A stretch of 64,000 bases of DNA from Octopus sinensis (Eukaryota): NCBI RefSeq assembly GCF_006345805.1, contig NC_043010.1, positions 9,238,001-9,302,000 on the forward strand, in the 5' to 3' direction. Shown one piece after another: positions 40,259 to 53,499 of the stretch. Under the pieces are notes generated by a model that worked only from the letters and a program-made list of their open reading frames with translations, was not told where the DNA came from and did not search any database. Position numbers and translations under genes: made by a program. Numbering within the stretch: the first letter of the stretch is position 1; every line of letters begins with the position of its first letter.

Positions 40259-40260
<2 letters not shown>
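39707..40260. mobile_element. ~550-bp element inserted in an (ATT)n microsatellite
   Basis: Sharply bounded, higher-GC block flanked on both sides by long (ATT)n; no ORF or TIR. Confidence 0.6.
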
Positions 40261-40304
<44 letters not shown>

Positions 40305-40396
40305 ATTATTATTATTATTATTATTATATTATTATTATTATTATTATTACTATTATATATTATTATTATTATTATTATTATTTTATTGTTATTATT

Positions 40397-40710
40397 AGCT
40401 GTTTCCAATATGTACCATCCATCATTGAAGCTTGTTTGTAATTATTATTATCATTATTATTATTAATATTATTATTAATATTATTATTATTATTATTACT
40501 ATTATTATTATTATTATTATTGTTATTATTAGCTGTTTCCAATATGTACCATCCATCATTGAAGCTTGTTTGTAATTATTATTATCATTATTATTATTAA
40601 TATTATTATTAATATTATTATTATTATTATTACTATTATTATTATTATTATTATTGTTATTATTAGCTGTTTCCAATATGTACCATCCATCATTGAAGCT
40701 TGTTTGTAAT
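40397..40710. repeat. 134-bp period tandem repeat (46-bp unique core plus (ATT)n)
   Basis: Core AGCTGTTTCCAATATGTACCATCCATCATTGAAGCTTGTTTGTAAT at 40397, 40531 and 40665. Confidence 0.92.
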
Positions 40711-42289
40711 AGGGATGAAAGCTAAAGTAAAAGTACATAAGAAACGGTGGCAAGGAGGAGACAGAGGCATATTTTTTAACATTTCTTCCTATTTATTTGT
40801 TTTCCACTATAGACACAATGTGTGTGATGTTAATCACAGGTTCATTAATTCTGATCTTAATCAATGTTTATGCAACTTTGGGTCTAATTACATAATGTAA
40901 GAGCTAGTTTCATAATCTGTCCTAGTTGCATAATTCTTGGACCTAATTACATAAATTTGGTCTTAAATTGCATAACTTTGGGGGTTAATTAAATAACCTC
41001 TGATCTTATTTTTGAACAATGAAACTTACTCTATTCTAACAATTAACAGTAAGAAAAGTATTTAATTGCTAATTTAAAAACAAATTTTAAATTACTACTA
41101 CAAGTAAACCACCTTGCTTTTGCAGCAGTAATATTTTCCCACCCTTAGAAAGATTGTGCTTGGTTGTAGAGGACTTGAAATAATCGTCAGAGAGAGACAA
41201 CTGTTGCACTTCTCCCAGACTGTGTCACTCAACTGAAGTGGCCACCACAAGGATGTTATGGATATACAAGAACAGAATGGATAGTTCAAGAAATTCGTGA
41301 TAGTTAGATTTTTACACTGAAGCCAAACAACATAAACCACCATAGAGACGAGTGCAGAGTGTTGATTCTAGATTTACCCAATATGCTACAATATGACAAA
41401 AAATGCAATGATATCCAGTGTGTTGTTCTGCAAGTCATACCCGGGTATTTGATAGGCTGCTTATATGCCACTATGCTGCTCAGCCAGGGCTAACCAAGAG
41501 CTATAAATAATGATTACAGCTCTACCCATGCAAACATATAAAGAGCAAAATCTATATACAAAACTGAGATAAGTAAGATTTGAACTCAGAATATGAAGGG
41601 CCATGACTAAATATTTCCATATATTTTGTCTGACACTCTAAATATAAGAGAGAGATTAAGGTAGCGAGCTGGCAGAAATGTTAGCATGCCAGGCAAAATG
41701 CTTAGTGGCATTTCATCCTTCTTAACATGCTGTATTTGAATTCTGCTGAGGTTGACTTTGCCTTTCATTCCTTTGGGGTCAAGAAAATAAATACCAGTTG
41801 AGGATTGGGGTCAATGTAATCGATTTACATTTCTCTTGAAGTCCCCTGTGCCAAGATTTGAAACCAATATAAGAAAGATTAAAATAACCTTAAATGCATT
41901 CTGAAGGGAATGAAACAATAAGGAGAGATTACTATAAAAATGATTCAGAATACGGTAAGATGTATAGTGAATTTTCCTCTTAAAGTGATGTTGAACAAAA
42001 TGCCTCATTTTGTGCAGAATTTTATAAAAAAATGGAAATGATAGAGAAGTTAAGATTTCTTATGTGTTCATCATGTTATGAGATATTAAAGCAATTAAAG
42101 GTAGTCATTGATGTATCACACAAGAAAAGAAGACATTGAAATTGTTCTGATGTTGTTGTTTAGATCTAATCTAGCTGATCTATCATTAAAGATATTTCAT
42201 CCATGATAGTACTATCTTTTATTCAGATATGGTATATATAGGACATGGGTAGATAAAAGTCATACAAATAAAACAAGTACCCTTCACAA

Positions 42290-42920
42290 TTAGAGCTCAG
42301 CATTTCCTTATGTAGCTGTCCTCATCCATACACATCATATGACCAAACCCACATAGACTTCTTTATTGCACACAACATCTGATGCCTCTTATACCCAGTT
42401 TTCCTCTTAAATCATTTACACTCTATTTTGCATGCACACTGACATTACCCATTCAGTGGAGCAGGCTAGCTTCATTTCTTTCAAGCCTTAAAAAGTCCTT
42501 TGTAGACAAAGCCCATGTTTCACTACCATGTAACATAGCTGTACATACATCATACAATCTGCCTTTCACTCTGAGGGAGAGGCCCTCAGTAACCAACAAA
42601 GGTAGAAGCTCTCTTAATGTCACCCAGACTGTTCCTATCCTAGAAATTATACTTTCAGAACTTCCACCATCACAGATAACTTAGTCCCCTAGGTAACAGA
42701 AGCTGTCTACTACTTCTCATGATCCCCCCAAGCATTTGAGGGAGCCTGTTGCCTGCATATTTTTAGTGTTTATTGCACCTGCACATTTGCCACACACAAA
42801 GACTATATTCTCCATTAACCTTCTTCGATACCACTACACCTTTTATATGACCATAGGTTGCACTGGATACAACATATGGAGTATCTACCAACACCCTTCT
42901 TACATATCAAGCAGGGCCAT
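42290..42920 (-). pseudogene. Decayed RTE-like LINE fragment
   Basis: Minus-strand CKKGVGRYSICCIQCNLWSYKRCSGI zinc-finger-like segment and a downstream FGHM..MDEDS-like C-terminal motif; frameshifted. Confidence 0.6.
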
Positions 42921-42933
42921 GTACATATATATA

Positions 42934-44546
42934 AACTGGCGGAAATAAATTTAAGACCGATGATATAAGTTCTATTCCTCACAAAATATTTTGTTACTAA
43001 CATTATACAAATTATTTTTATCTTTTACACCTTATGCAGAATTTATTTCTCTTTCGGATGATGCAGACAATAACTATTTTTATACAACTTGAAGAATTCT
43101 AATGCTAAATTAATATAAACGTTTCATATTTACCTGCAAAATTAGTTTAAGACTGTATCATTATAATTTTATTTAAAGCTTAAGAGTGTAGCAAAAATGA
43201 GCAATAAGAACAAAATACATAGTACTTTGTGCCATAGCCTTTATTCTTAATAACAGCTGAACAATGTCTCAGTATTGAATTTACTAAGTGATTACAAAAT
43301 TCTATAGGAATGTTTTGCCATATTTCATTGATATAATCGAATAATTGTTTTAGATTAGATGCTTTTTAGAATGGACATTTTGGAAACATAATTCCACAAG
43401 TTCTCGATCGGATTCAGGTCCGGGCTCTGGGGATGCCATTCAATTATGTCAATATTATGGTGATCAAAAAATTCCATAACCTTTTTGGCTTTGTGCACAG
43501 GACTATTGTCCTGCTGATAAATAGCCCCAGGAGGCATTTGGTGAGTCAAATATGGCACAACATTATCCTTTAGTAGATTCATATAACCTACACTATTTAG
43601 CTTTCTATCAACTTTAACTAGAGGGCCAACACCAAAGCTACTAAATGTCACCCACACCATCACCACCATCACCCGCTTGCACCGTTTTTTCATGCATTTC
43701 GGATGGAATTCCTCAATTGGGCAACATCTGATGCATGTTTTACCATCTGATCCAAATATACAGAAACGTGACTCGTCACTCCAAAGGACCCTGCACCAAT
43801 CTTCAGTAGTCCATTGAGAATGGCTTTTTGTGAAATTAAGGCACTTGAGTTGATTTCTTTCAGATATTATTGGCTTTTTCCTAGCGATTCGTCCATGTAG
43901 TCCAAATTCTCTCAAATGGTTGCAGATGGTTTCTGGTGTAAAAATAACACCATTCTTGTTGGACAATTGTTTACAAATGTCAGTGGCTGTCAGCATTTGG
44001 TTCCCTTCTGAAAGTCGATGGATTTGACGGTCCAACTGCGCTGTCGTTTTTCTTGGGGCACCAGTCCTTTGCCAATCTTTATATTGACCAGTCTCCGTGT
44101 ATAACTTCCAAGCTTGCATGTTAGCCATTTTACTGCACTTTAGTTGCTTGTTGATGTTCAAAAAGGAAACTTTTTGCTGATGGAGTAATAGAATTTTTGC
44201 TCTCATGACTGGATTGAGGCTACGTTGTTTTCCTATTATTAATCAGTTGTATAACGTTAAATTATAAAACTTGGCTAGTTGGGTGACCACCCATTTTGGC
44301 AAAAAAATTTGCATACATATTACATGGACTTAAACTAATTTTGCCGGTAAATATGAAACGTTTATATTAATTTAGCATTAGAATTCTTCAAGTTGTATAA
44401 AATTAGTTATTGTCTGCATCATCCGAAAGAGAAATAAATTTTGCATAAGGTGTAAAAGATAGATATAATTTGTATGGTGTTAGTAACAAAATATTTTGCA
44501 AGAAATAGAACTTTTATCATCAGTCTTAAATTTATTTTCGCTAGTG
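42934..44546 (-). mobile_element. Tc1-like transposon, IR/DR type, full length (~1.6 kb)
   Basis: ~220-bp TIRs (42934-43153 and ~44328-44546), each with outer AAATAAATTTAAGAC and inner AAATTAGTTTAAG(A/T)C direct repeats; TA-rich flanks; transposase inside. Confidence 0.93.
43222..44236 (-). pseudogene. Tc1 DD34E transposase, disrupted
   Basis: WSDESRF, QQDNSPVH and SPDLNPIENLW with exactly 34 residues between D2 and E; C-terminus (SNLKQLFDYINEIWQNIP...AVIKNKGYGTKY) in another frame; probable start ATG changed to ATA at 44236. Confidence 0.92.
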
Positions 44547-44573
44547 GATATATATGTATATATATATATATAT

Positions 44574-44871
44574 CACGTGACCGACCAGTCCATCAGATGT
44601 GGCTACACATCGCTGGTCACAATGCGTTCGCATTGTTTTAGCCTTCGAATAACACCACCCCGCTGGCTAAGCGAGCAGGCCAACAGAAGAAAGAGTGAGA
44701 GAAAGTTGTGGCGAAAGAGTACAGCAGGGATCGTCACCACTCCCTGCCGGAGCCTCGTGGAGCTTTAAGTGTTTTCGCTCAATAAACACTCACAACGCCC
44801 GGTCTGGGAATCGAAACCGCGATTCTATGACCGCAAGTCCGCTGCCCTAACCACTGGGCCATTGCGCCTCC
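44574..44871 (-). mobile_element. SINE family D with alternative 3' tail
   Basis: 5' ~180 bp nearly identical to 28748-28924; remainder unrelated. Confidence 0.85.
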
Positions 44872-45019
44872 ACTAATTAATTTGTATCATATATGCCAAT
44901 GTGCAGGTATCTGTTGCAACAAACTGATCATTATTCCTTATGCACAGAGAAATTAATTAAATATCTAAGTCATATTTGTGAGAATAATCTCTTCAGAGGG
45001 AAGAAAATATACTCTAAGA

Positions 45020-45238
45020 CAGTGGTTTTCAACTAGGGTTCCGCGGAACCTTAGGGTTCCGCCAGTACAGTCCAGGGGTTCCGCAAATAGTTACAAAAAT
45101 GCTAAAATCAACAGTAATTTTTAATTCTCCTGTGCAGATATGTGTGCATAGGACAATCAAATTATTGTACAGGGGTTCCTCGAGCCAGTGAAATGTTTTC
45201 TTGGGGTTCCACTCCAGCAAAAGGTTTGAAAAGCACTG
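45020..45238. mobile_element. hAT (Charlie-like) MITE
   Basis: TIR CAGTGGTTTTCAA / TTGAAAAGCACTG, perfect 8-bp TSD CTCTAAGA (45012-45019, 45239-45246), subterminal GGGTTCC repeats. Confidence 0.92.
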
Positions 45239-45619
45239 CTCTAAGATATTTCATGTGTTTATGTATATATATCCTGTCTGGTTGTACACTCAGTATACAT
45301 TATAGGTTTTTTTTACCTGTCGTTTGTTTATTTACAATTCACTTTTTCCTTTATTAAGTAATGGAACTGTGATTCTCCATTCATTTCCATTTGTAATGTA
45401 TATATGTATGTGTGTGTATATATATGTGTGTGTGTGTGTGTGTATGTGTGTGTGTGAGTATAATATTAATTAACAGGAGATGGATTATTATTATTATATA
45501 TTTATATGTATTGACAATTGGTAAGTTACTTAACCCCTTGATCGCCATCGGGGTTCTGCAGGCAAAGAAGCCTGATGGAACCCACCCATCTTTCTCCAGG
45601 CTAAACTCATTTCTAAAAT

Positions 45620-45900
45620 TGAGTGAGCAGAAGCAATATGAAATGAAGTGTTTTGCTCAAGAACACAACAGATAGCCCTGTCCATGGATCAAAACCACCA
45701 TCTTACAGTCATGATTGCAACACCCTAACCACTAAGTGACACACCTCCACTATAGGTACTTATTTCTACAGTTGAGTGGACTGGAGCAATATGAAGTGAA
45801 GTATTTTGCTCAAGAACACAATGCATCACCTGGTCCAGGAATTGAAACCAAAATCCTATTATCATGAGTCCAATACTCTAACCACTAAGCCATGCACCTT
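45620..45900 (-). mobile_element. Two tandem old SINE family E copies
   Basis: GAGCAATATGAA(A/G)TGAAGT(G/A)TTTTGCTCAAGAACACAA...CTAACCACTAAG-like block occurs twice. Confidence 0.7.
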
Positions 45901-46672
45901 CACTTATATATATATATATACATACATGTATATATATATGTATATAGTTATATATATATGTGTGTGTGTGTGTATGTATATATATATATATATACACATA
46001 TACATATACATATACATACACACACACACACACACATATGATCAATCACACCTTTTTTACCATACAGGATGTGGCTAACCCTGTAGTTCCCTCTGCAGGA
46101 ATCTGCTATGCACCCCTTTCTCATAGTAGTCCCCCATCCCTATGTGTGAGATAGATTGCCTGCCCACCCACTTACCTGAGGGTTCCTATTTTGCAGGTGG
46201 CACGAATAAAGTACCAAATCCATGCTGTAAAGTGGTTGGAAGTAGGAGGGGGCGCCTAATCCAACCCATGCCAGCATGGAACATAAACAGTAAAATAATG
46301 ATGATATATGTATATGTATATATGTACATATATATATATATATAAATAAAAACATAAACATTTGTATGCATATATATATATATAAAAATACAAAATGGAA
46401 CAAGAACGCAAAACATCCAGAAGACGATACAAAAAACACGGACGGGTCATTCGAAGCCTTTAATTTTCAGTCAAGAACTGGAACATCCTTGCAATTTCGA
46501 CTGATTATGTGTATGTATATGCATATGCATATATATGCATATACATATATACATACATGCACACACATATATATGTATATGTGTGTGTGTATATGTATAT
46601 GTATATATTTATATATCATCATCATCATCATCATCGTTTAGCGTCCGTTTTCCATGCTAGCATGGGTTAGAC

Positions 46673-46705
<33 letters not shown>

Positions 46706-47096
46706 AATTGAAACTGAAACTGAGTCTTCTGAGTCAAGTTTGATACCACTGCAATCTTCCTTCATGTGAGCTACCATGTATCTATTGCTTCTACTCTCAA
46801 GGCACTGGCTTACACAAAGCTATAGTAGAAGTCACTTGCCCTAGGTATCATGCAATCAGACTGAATGAAACAAGTACCATATTTTGGTGGCACATAAGAC
46901 TTAAAAACAATTGTCTAAAAATCCCTCCAAGTCCTAATATATATAAAGTTCCTTAGCTCAAACGCTTATTTTGTCCCTGGCACTATTTTTTTCTGAATAT
47001 GCACTGCTGAAATTGAACACTTCTGACATGCCCATCAGAAGTATGTATTTCAGGTGTGCTAGGTGTGTGCTGCACACCCATCGAAAATAGCTAATT

Positions 47097-47560
47097 CATC
47101 ATCATCATCATCATCATCGTTTAACGTCCGTTTTCTGCGCTAGCACGGATTGAACAGTTCAACCGGGGTCTGGGAAGCCAGGGGCTGCACCAAGCTCCAG
47201 TCTGATCTGGCTAAGTTTCTACAGCTGGATGCCCTTCCTAACGCCAACCACTCCGTGAGTGTAGTGGGTGCTTTTTACATGCCACCTGCACAGGTGCCAG
47301 GGGGGTCCAGCATCGGCCACAATTGGTTGGTGCTTTTAACGTGCCACCGGCACGGAAGCCAGCCAAGGCAGCGCTGGCATCGGCCATGTACGGATGATGC
47401 TTTTTATGTGCCACCGGCACTGGAGCCAGTCGAGGCGGCACTGGCATCGGCCACGTTCAGATGGTGCTTTTTATGTGCCACCGGCACAGGTATCACAACT
47501 ACTATTTCCATTGATATTTATTTCGATGTTCATGTACTTGACTCAACAGGTCTCCTCAAG
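47097..47560 (-). mobile_element. SINE-like family C
   Basis: Tail, core and ~60-bp units present. Confidence 0.85.
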
Positions 47561-50032
47561 CACAGCGGGATGTTCTGGAATACAAGGTACTTTGAATGGG
47601 CAGGGGCTATGTGGAACTGGTGCAGGAAGCAGCTCGGGTAACCTTGCTCATAAATTTAATCACAAATCTTAATGGAAAACTTTTGTTATGTCCCTGCTTG
47701 AAATTTGGTGGTACTGGGTGTGCCAGCACACCCAACACAACAACCACTGCATGCCACTAATGTCCATGTGTGTTTTATGCCATTAAATAGAATACTGAAC
47801 TGGTAATAGCAACTAAAATCTCTGAAAGCATTGCTGTATGTAGTATGGTTTCCATCTAATAACCAAATCCAATGAAAGAATTTTAGCAGTGAATAATGAG
47901 AGAAAACTCTGAAGCAGGTGTGAACATGTTCATTTTGAAAGCAACATACGAATTTAATTTCTACAAATGACAGTTCACATAAGATGTTCTTCATTTTCAC
48001 AATTCCTAATACAAACAAATATCTAATGATATAAAACCCTACTAAAGAGAATTGTATGATAAGCCAGAGTAATTTTAACAAATGATAAACATTAGCTACA
48101 ATAACATTTGCAATAACAACTATAATGATTTATAGTCTTGAAATTATTCCGGGTGAATTTTTTTTTTTTTTTGGCTTTTTACTTGAACTTTTCCTGATGT
48201 CTTACTTTTTAACATTTTTTTTGTATTTTTTGCTTTTTTTTGTTTTTTGATATTTTGTGGATTTATATATATATATATTTTTGCTATCTTTAATTCTGAA
48301 CAATATGTCGGATTAATATCTCACATGTGACATTTAAACATGTTAGATATAGGTAAACAAGCTCTCGTTAATGGGAGTTAGAATACTTAATGATAATGGT
48401 AAAACAAACTGTGCATGTTTGTGCATGTTATATATATATATATTTGTGTGTTTGTGTGTATGTGTGCATGTGTGTGCGTGTATGTATGTATATATGCATA
48501 CATACATACAAGTATACATACGTGCATACATACACACACACATATATATCAGTTATGTTGGCACTTGGTAGCATTTATATTTGATCATTAGGACAATTTA
48601 TATAACTGTGTGTGTGTGTGAGAGAGAGAGAGAGTGTGTGAGTGTATTGACAATGAAACATTTTTTCACTCAGTTTGAGAAGATGATATCCATCCATTTT
48701 GACAAACATTTCTCTCTTGTTCTCTCTGAATCATGAATGCTGTTTATACTGCTTTTATGAGAATGTTTGATAATATAGGTGGAACATATTAGCTGCTGTA
48801 ATAAAATAATCATTGACTATGAGAAATATCTGAGATTAAAATAAACAATAAGAAATAAAGAAAAAAAATGATGATATTAAGCCGAGTCTATAGCTATAAA
48901 AATGAAAGATATTGCTGATCATAATAGAGATAGGAAATTGATATTTGTTCAGTAGCCATCACTGATAATCATACAATTATTACATACCCTAACATCCACC
49001 ATTAATTTCATCTCATTCTTTTAATCTAGCCATATTGATAGGCTCCAGAAAATTTAATTTATATTTGCTAATTAAATTAAGGAAAAGAAAAGAAAAGATC
49101 CTTTTTTTTTTTTAATGCTTTTATTCTTTCCAATTGCAAGCTTGTGTAAGGAGGAATAATTATAGAAAATTCATTTCCAAACAGAAAAGTAAGTAACTTT
49201 ATTAAATTGTGTATCAAGCTGAGATTAATGCACAACAAAAGAAGACAAAAAATTACACTTAATAATTGAAGGAAAATCTGCTAATGAGTAAGTTGGAGTT
49301 TCTACCTTTTTCTTAACTCTTTTCTCAAGTGGTACTTTTACCAGAATTGGATAAAAATGAATAAAAAATAAATAAACAAGTTATGTAGTTTAAATTACTT
49401 TTACTGAAAAATATTAACTCTTTTTTTTTTTGGTTTATTTGTTTCAGTCGTTGAACTGTTGCCATTCTGGAATACCACCTTGACATGTTTTAAGCCAATA
49501 AAATAAGCCCTGGTATTTAACTTTTAAGTCGGTTACTTATTCTACCCAAATGCTAAGTTACTGAGATGTAAACAAACCAACACTGGCTGTTAAGCAGGAG
49601 AGATATAAATACAAACATACACAGACACACAGACACACAGACACACACATGCACACACATATATGAAAGACACACATACATACATATATATATATGAAAG
49701 ACTTCTACACCATTTCTGTCAACCAAATTCACTAACTGCATTGTTTGTTAGGAACTTTTACCAGAATTAGATAAAAATGAATAAAAAATAAATAGGAGAC
49801 CCTGGCTCAATATGCCACTCAGTTGGGGTTGAACCTGAAACCATTTAATTGTAAAGTAAACATCTTAACTCATAGTCTATATAGAGATACACATACACAC
49901 AAACACATGCATATATTTACATATATATGTGAGTTTGTGTGTGTGTGTATATATGTATATATGTATGTGTGTGTATGTATATTTATGTGTGTGTGTGTGA
50001 ATATATATATATACAAATATACATACACACTC

Positions 50033-50063
<31 letters not shown>

Positions 50064-50802
50064 TATATATTTACACACACATATATATGTATATGTATGT
50101 ATATGTATGTGTATAGATATATATGTATATAAACACATATAAATATATGTATATATCTATGGACGTGAGTAAATGTATAATTTGTTTTTTTCAAATCACG
50201 TTCCATAGACTGAAAATCTTGAAGTGGATGTATACATGTATGTATTTGTATGTATGTGTGTGTGTGTGTCTGTGTGGTGTGTGCATGTGAGTGTGTGTGT
50301 GTGTTTAAAATAAAGCAGAAATAATGGAAGAAAGTAGATATTGAAAAGACAGACACAACACAAAAAAATAAATAAATGTCCACTGAAGCAATAACTATTA
50401 GAGTAAAATAAATAAATAAAAAAAATTTAATGGAACAAAAAAATGGATAAGAAACGGAATGAATGAAAAAAAACCAATGGCTAAAGAATATTAGAATGCT
50501 GACATTTCTGTGGAGAATAATTAAACAGTAGAAACAGAAAGATATGGAAACAGACAAAAATTGTAGATAAAATAACAAAAATGGAGAAATGTGTGAGACA
50601 GTTGGTATTATTTTCAAATAAAATATTTCAACCTTAATTCTCTCCGGAGGGTTTCTTATATTTATTTACTATCGCCATTCGCCTGAGTAGAGCTCAGTTT
50701 TGAAAGAAATGTCAGCTGTATTGATATGTGAAAGCTGATAGAATGTTGGATGTGGATAACTAGGAGCAGAAAGATAAGAATTGTATATGGAAATTATACA
50801 GG

Positions 50803-50868
<66 letters not shown>

Positions 50869-52156
50869 GAAATGGCAATAAAAAGGTAGACGAAGGGTAA
50901 GAGTAACTGAGAAGGTAAAGGAAAAAGAAAATGAAGAAGGTTAACTGAGAAATGAGAGGAAAAGAAGAGAAGAAAGATATTGAAATGTGAAAGTGAAAGT
51001 AAGAGTGAATGAAAAAGAGAAAAAGTTGGGGGAGAGAGAGAGAGAGTAAGGCTGAATATAGAAAAAGAGACAAGTGAAAACAGGTAACGAGAGAGGTAAA
51101 GGAGAGAATATTTTGGAAAAGAAAAAAATAAATTTAGACAAAAAAAAACAAAAATAAAAGGGTGTGTACATGAGAGGGCATAAGAGAAAGAGAGAGCAAG
51201 GGAGAGAGAGAGCAGAAGGAAGAAGGATAGAAAAAGTGTATAGGTGTACAGGAGGTGGATAGAGAACAGATGAAAGAAAAGGAAATAGAAAGTAACATAT
51301 AGAAATGTTATGTTGAGAGATGGGAAAATATCGAAGAGAAAAGCTAAAATGGCTGCTGTGTGTAGATTTTGCAATGTTCAGAACAAACAAGATTCTATAT
51401 ACTGGCAGCTTGTTCATGAATTGGACATCATTTTGTTCATTTCCCTTCCAAAATATCTTCAATATGCTACAACATTTTCAGAGGAACAGTTTTCAATAGC
51501 ACTATTAAAGACTGGAGAATGTAATGGGGCCTGATAAACATTTTTTCCAATTATTCTATTTGCTTATGAATCATGAGGTGCCAAAAGAAATTTTGTTCTA
51601 TGCTATTCACTCTTCATAGAAACGAGTGAACATTTTCCAAGCCAAAGAGTGAATCCTTACTTGGTAAATATTTTTTGCTTCAATCAATAAGCAAAGATTA
51701 CTTTCCATTCTTCCATTGATGGAATCTAACCACTGAAGCAGATAGTGCCAGAAAGATTTACCAAAACTAAAATTCATCACGAGAAAGGAAAATCAAAAAG
51801 AAAATAAAAAATATTACACAAGCAGAAACAATTTTCAATTCTATGAAAATTAATTTTGAAAAATTGGATTTATATGCAATTAAGTCATAGACAATATCTT
51901 TCATATAAGAAATATATATGAAAATATTTCTTGTCTCACCTTCAAACTCTCATTCAGGTTCCATCCCTCCTACTAATTTCTCTTCCTATGTTTAATTTTC
52001 TGTCTCCCCTTATCTCTTTTAATATCTTTCTTAGCCTCTATTTAATTATATGTATTTTTATTTCCTACCTTCATCTATGTGTCTGCTTGTTTTTTTTTCT
52101 CAATTTATCTACTGAACTCCTTCCCTCACAAATCTTTAGTTTTCATTATCTATCTG

Positions 52157-52237
<81 letters not shown>

Positions 52238-52335
52238 TTATCTATCTATCTACATACATATATGTTTGCAAATGTTTAGAAACACAAACACCTACATGCA
52301 CATATATATATATATATATATATAATATATATATA

Positions 52336-52376
<41 letters not shown>

Positions 52377-52483
52377 TATATATATATATATTATATATAT
52401 ATATATATATAGGTGTGTGTGTATAATGTATGTAAATAGTATAACCCATACCAGTATGGAAAATAGACGTTAAATGTTGATGG

Positions 52484-52548
<65 letters not shown>

Positions 52549-53499
52549 GTCACTTCTTTCCTTTTCTCTTGCATTAAAAGAGATATCAAAAATTTTTGGT
52601 GTGATTTTGTTTTTATTTTGTTTGTTTGCTTTTTTTTTCCCCATGAAAACAAAAACAGAAATGAATCAAGAATATCCAATAAGAAAAACTAACAAACATT
52701 TCCCCAACACCAGAAGCAATAAATCTTTGCAAATATTTTAAAGTAATTGCTTTTCTCCAGTGGAAAAAAAAAAGTAAAAAACAATAAAAAAAAATAATGA
52801 AATAAATTAAATGAAATAAATAAAGATATAAAAAAATAAATGACAACAAGAACAGCAACAACAACTACAACATCAGCTAGAATAACAACCAGAATCCCTA
52901 CTACCTCTCGACTTGAAACACAAACATAACATACACCCTCTCTGTCCTCTCTTTCTCAATCTATTTTTCTATTTATCTAGCTATCTATCTTTATATGTCT
53001 GTATCTTTCTCTCTCTCAATTTCTGCATCTCTCACACTTTCTGCACCTCTCACACATTCTCTCTTTCTCTCTCTGTGTTTCACTTTTACTTTTACTCATT
53101 CACACTCTCACATACATACAAACATATGCAGCCAATCCGGGCTGATCAATGGTTATTTGAAAACTAAACACCATAGGAACTAGATTGGAGTTCAAGTTTT
53201 AATGACTTAAAAGTAGGCTTTTGTCTTTGGCAAGTAAACCTTACAATCTCGTCTAATTAGCCATCAATTGCAAACTACTTTTGTGTACCCAATCTAGTTG
53301 CAAGCAATCACTTTATCTACTGATCTTATCAGTATGTAATTTGCAAACGTTTTCTTCTTTTTGTTCTTTCTTTCTGTTTTTATACTTTTCATTTCCATCT
53401 TTTATTTTTCTACCTCATCATCCATCATCTCCTCAGCAAACTGTTCAACTGAATTCCTGTGTGAACTCATGCCTCACTTTCGCAATTCAACTTTATCAT

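Noticed and set aside
41098-41460. Possible exon or LINE fragment (RERQLLHF...)
   Set aside because: Weak resemblance to a LINE C-terminus with multiple stops; not enough to annotate.
51310-51534. 74-aa non-repetitive ORF
   Set aside because: No recognisable domain or splice context; short ORFs are expected by chance. Likewise the GTGAGT donor-like site near 57319 has no supportable exon.
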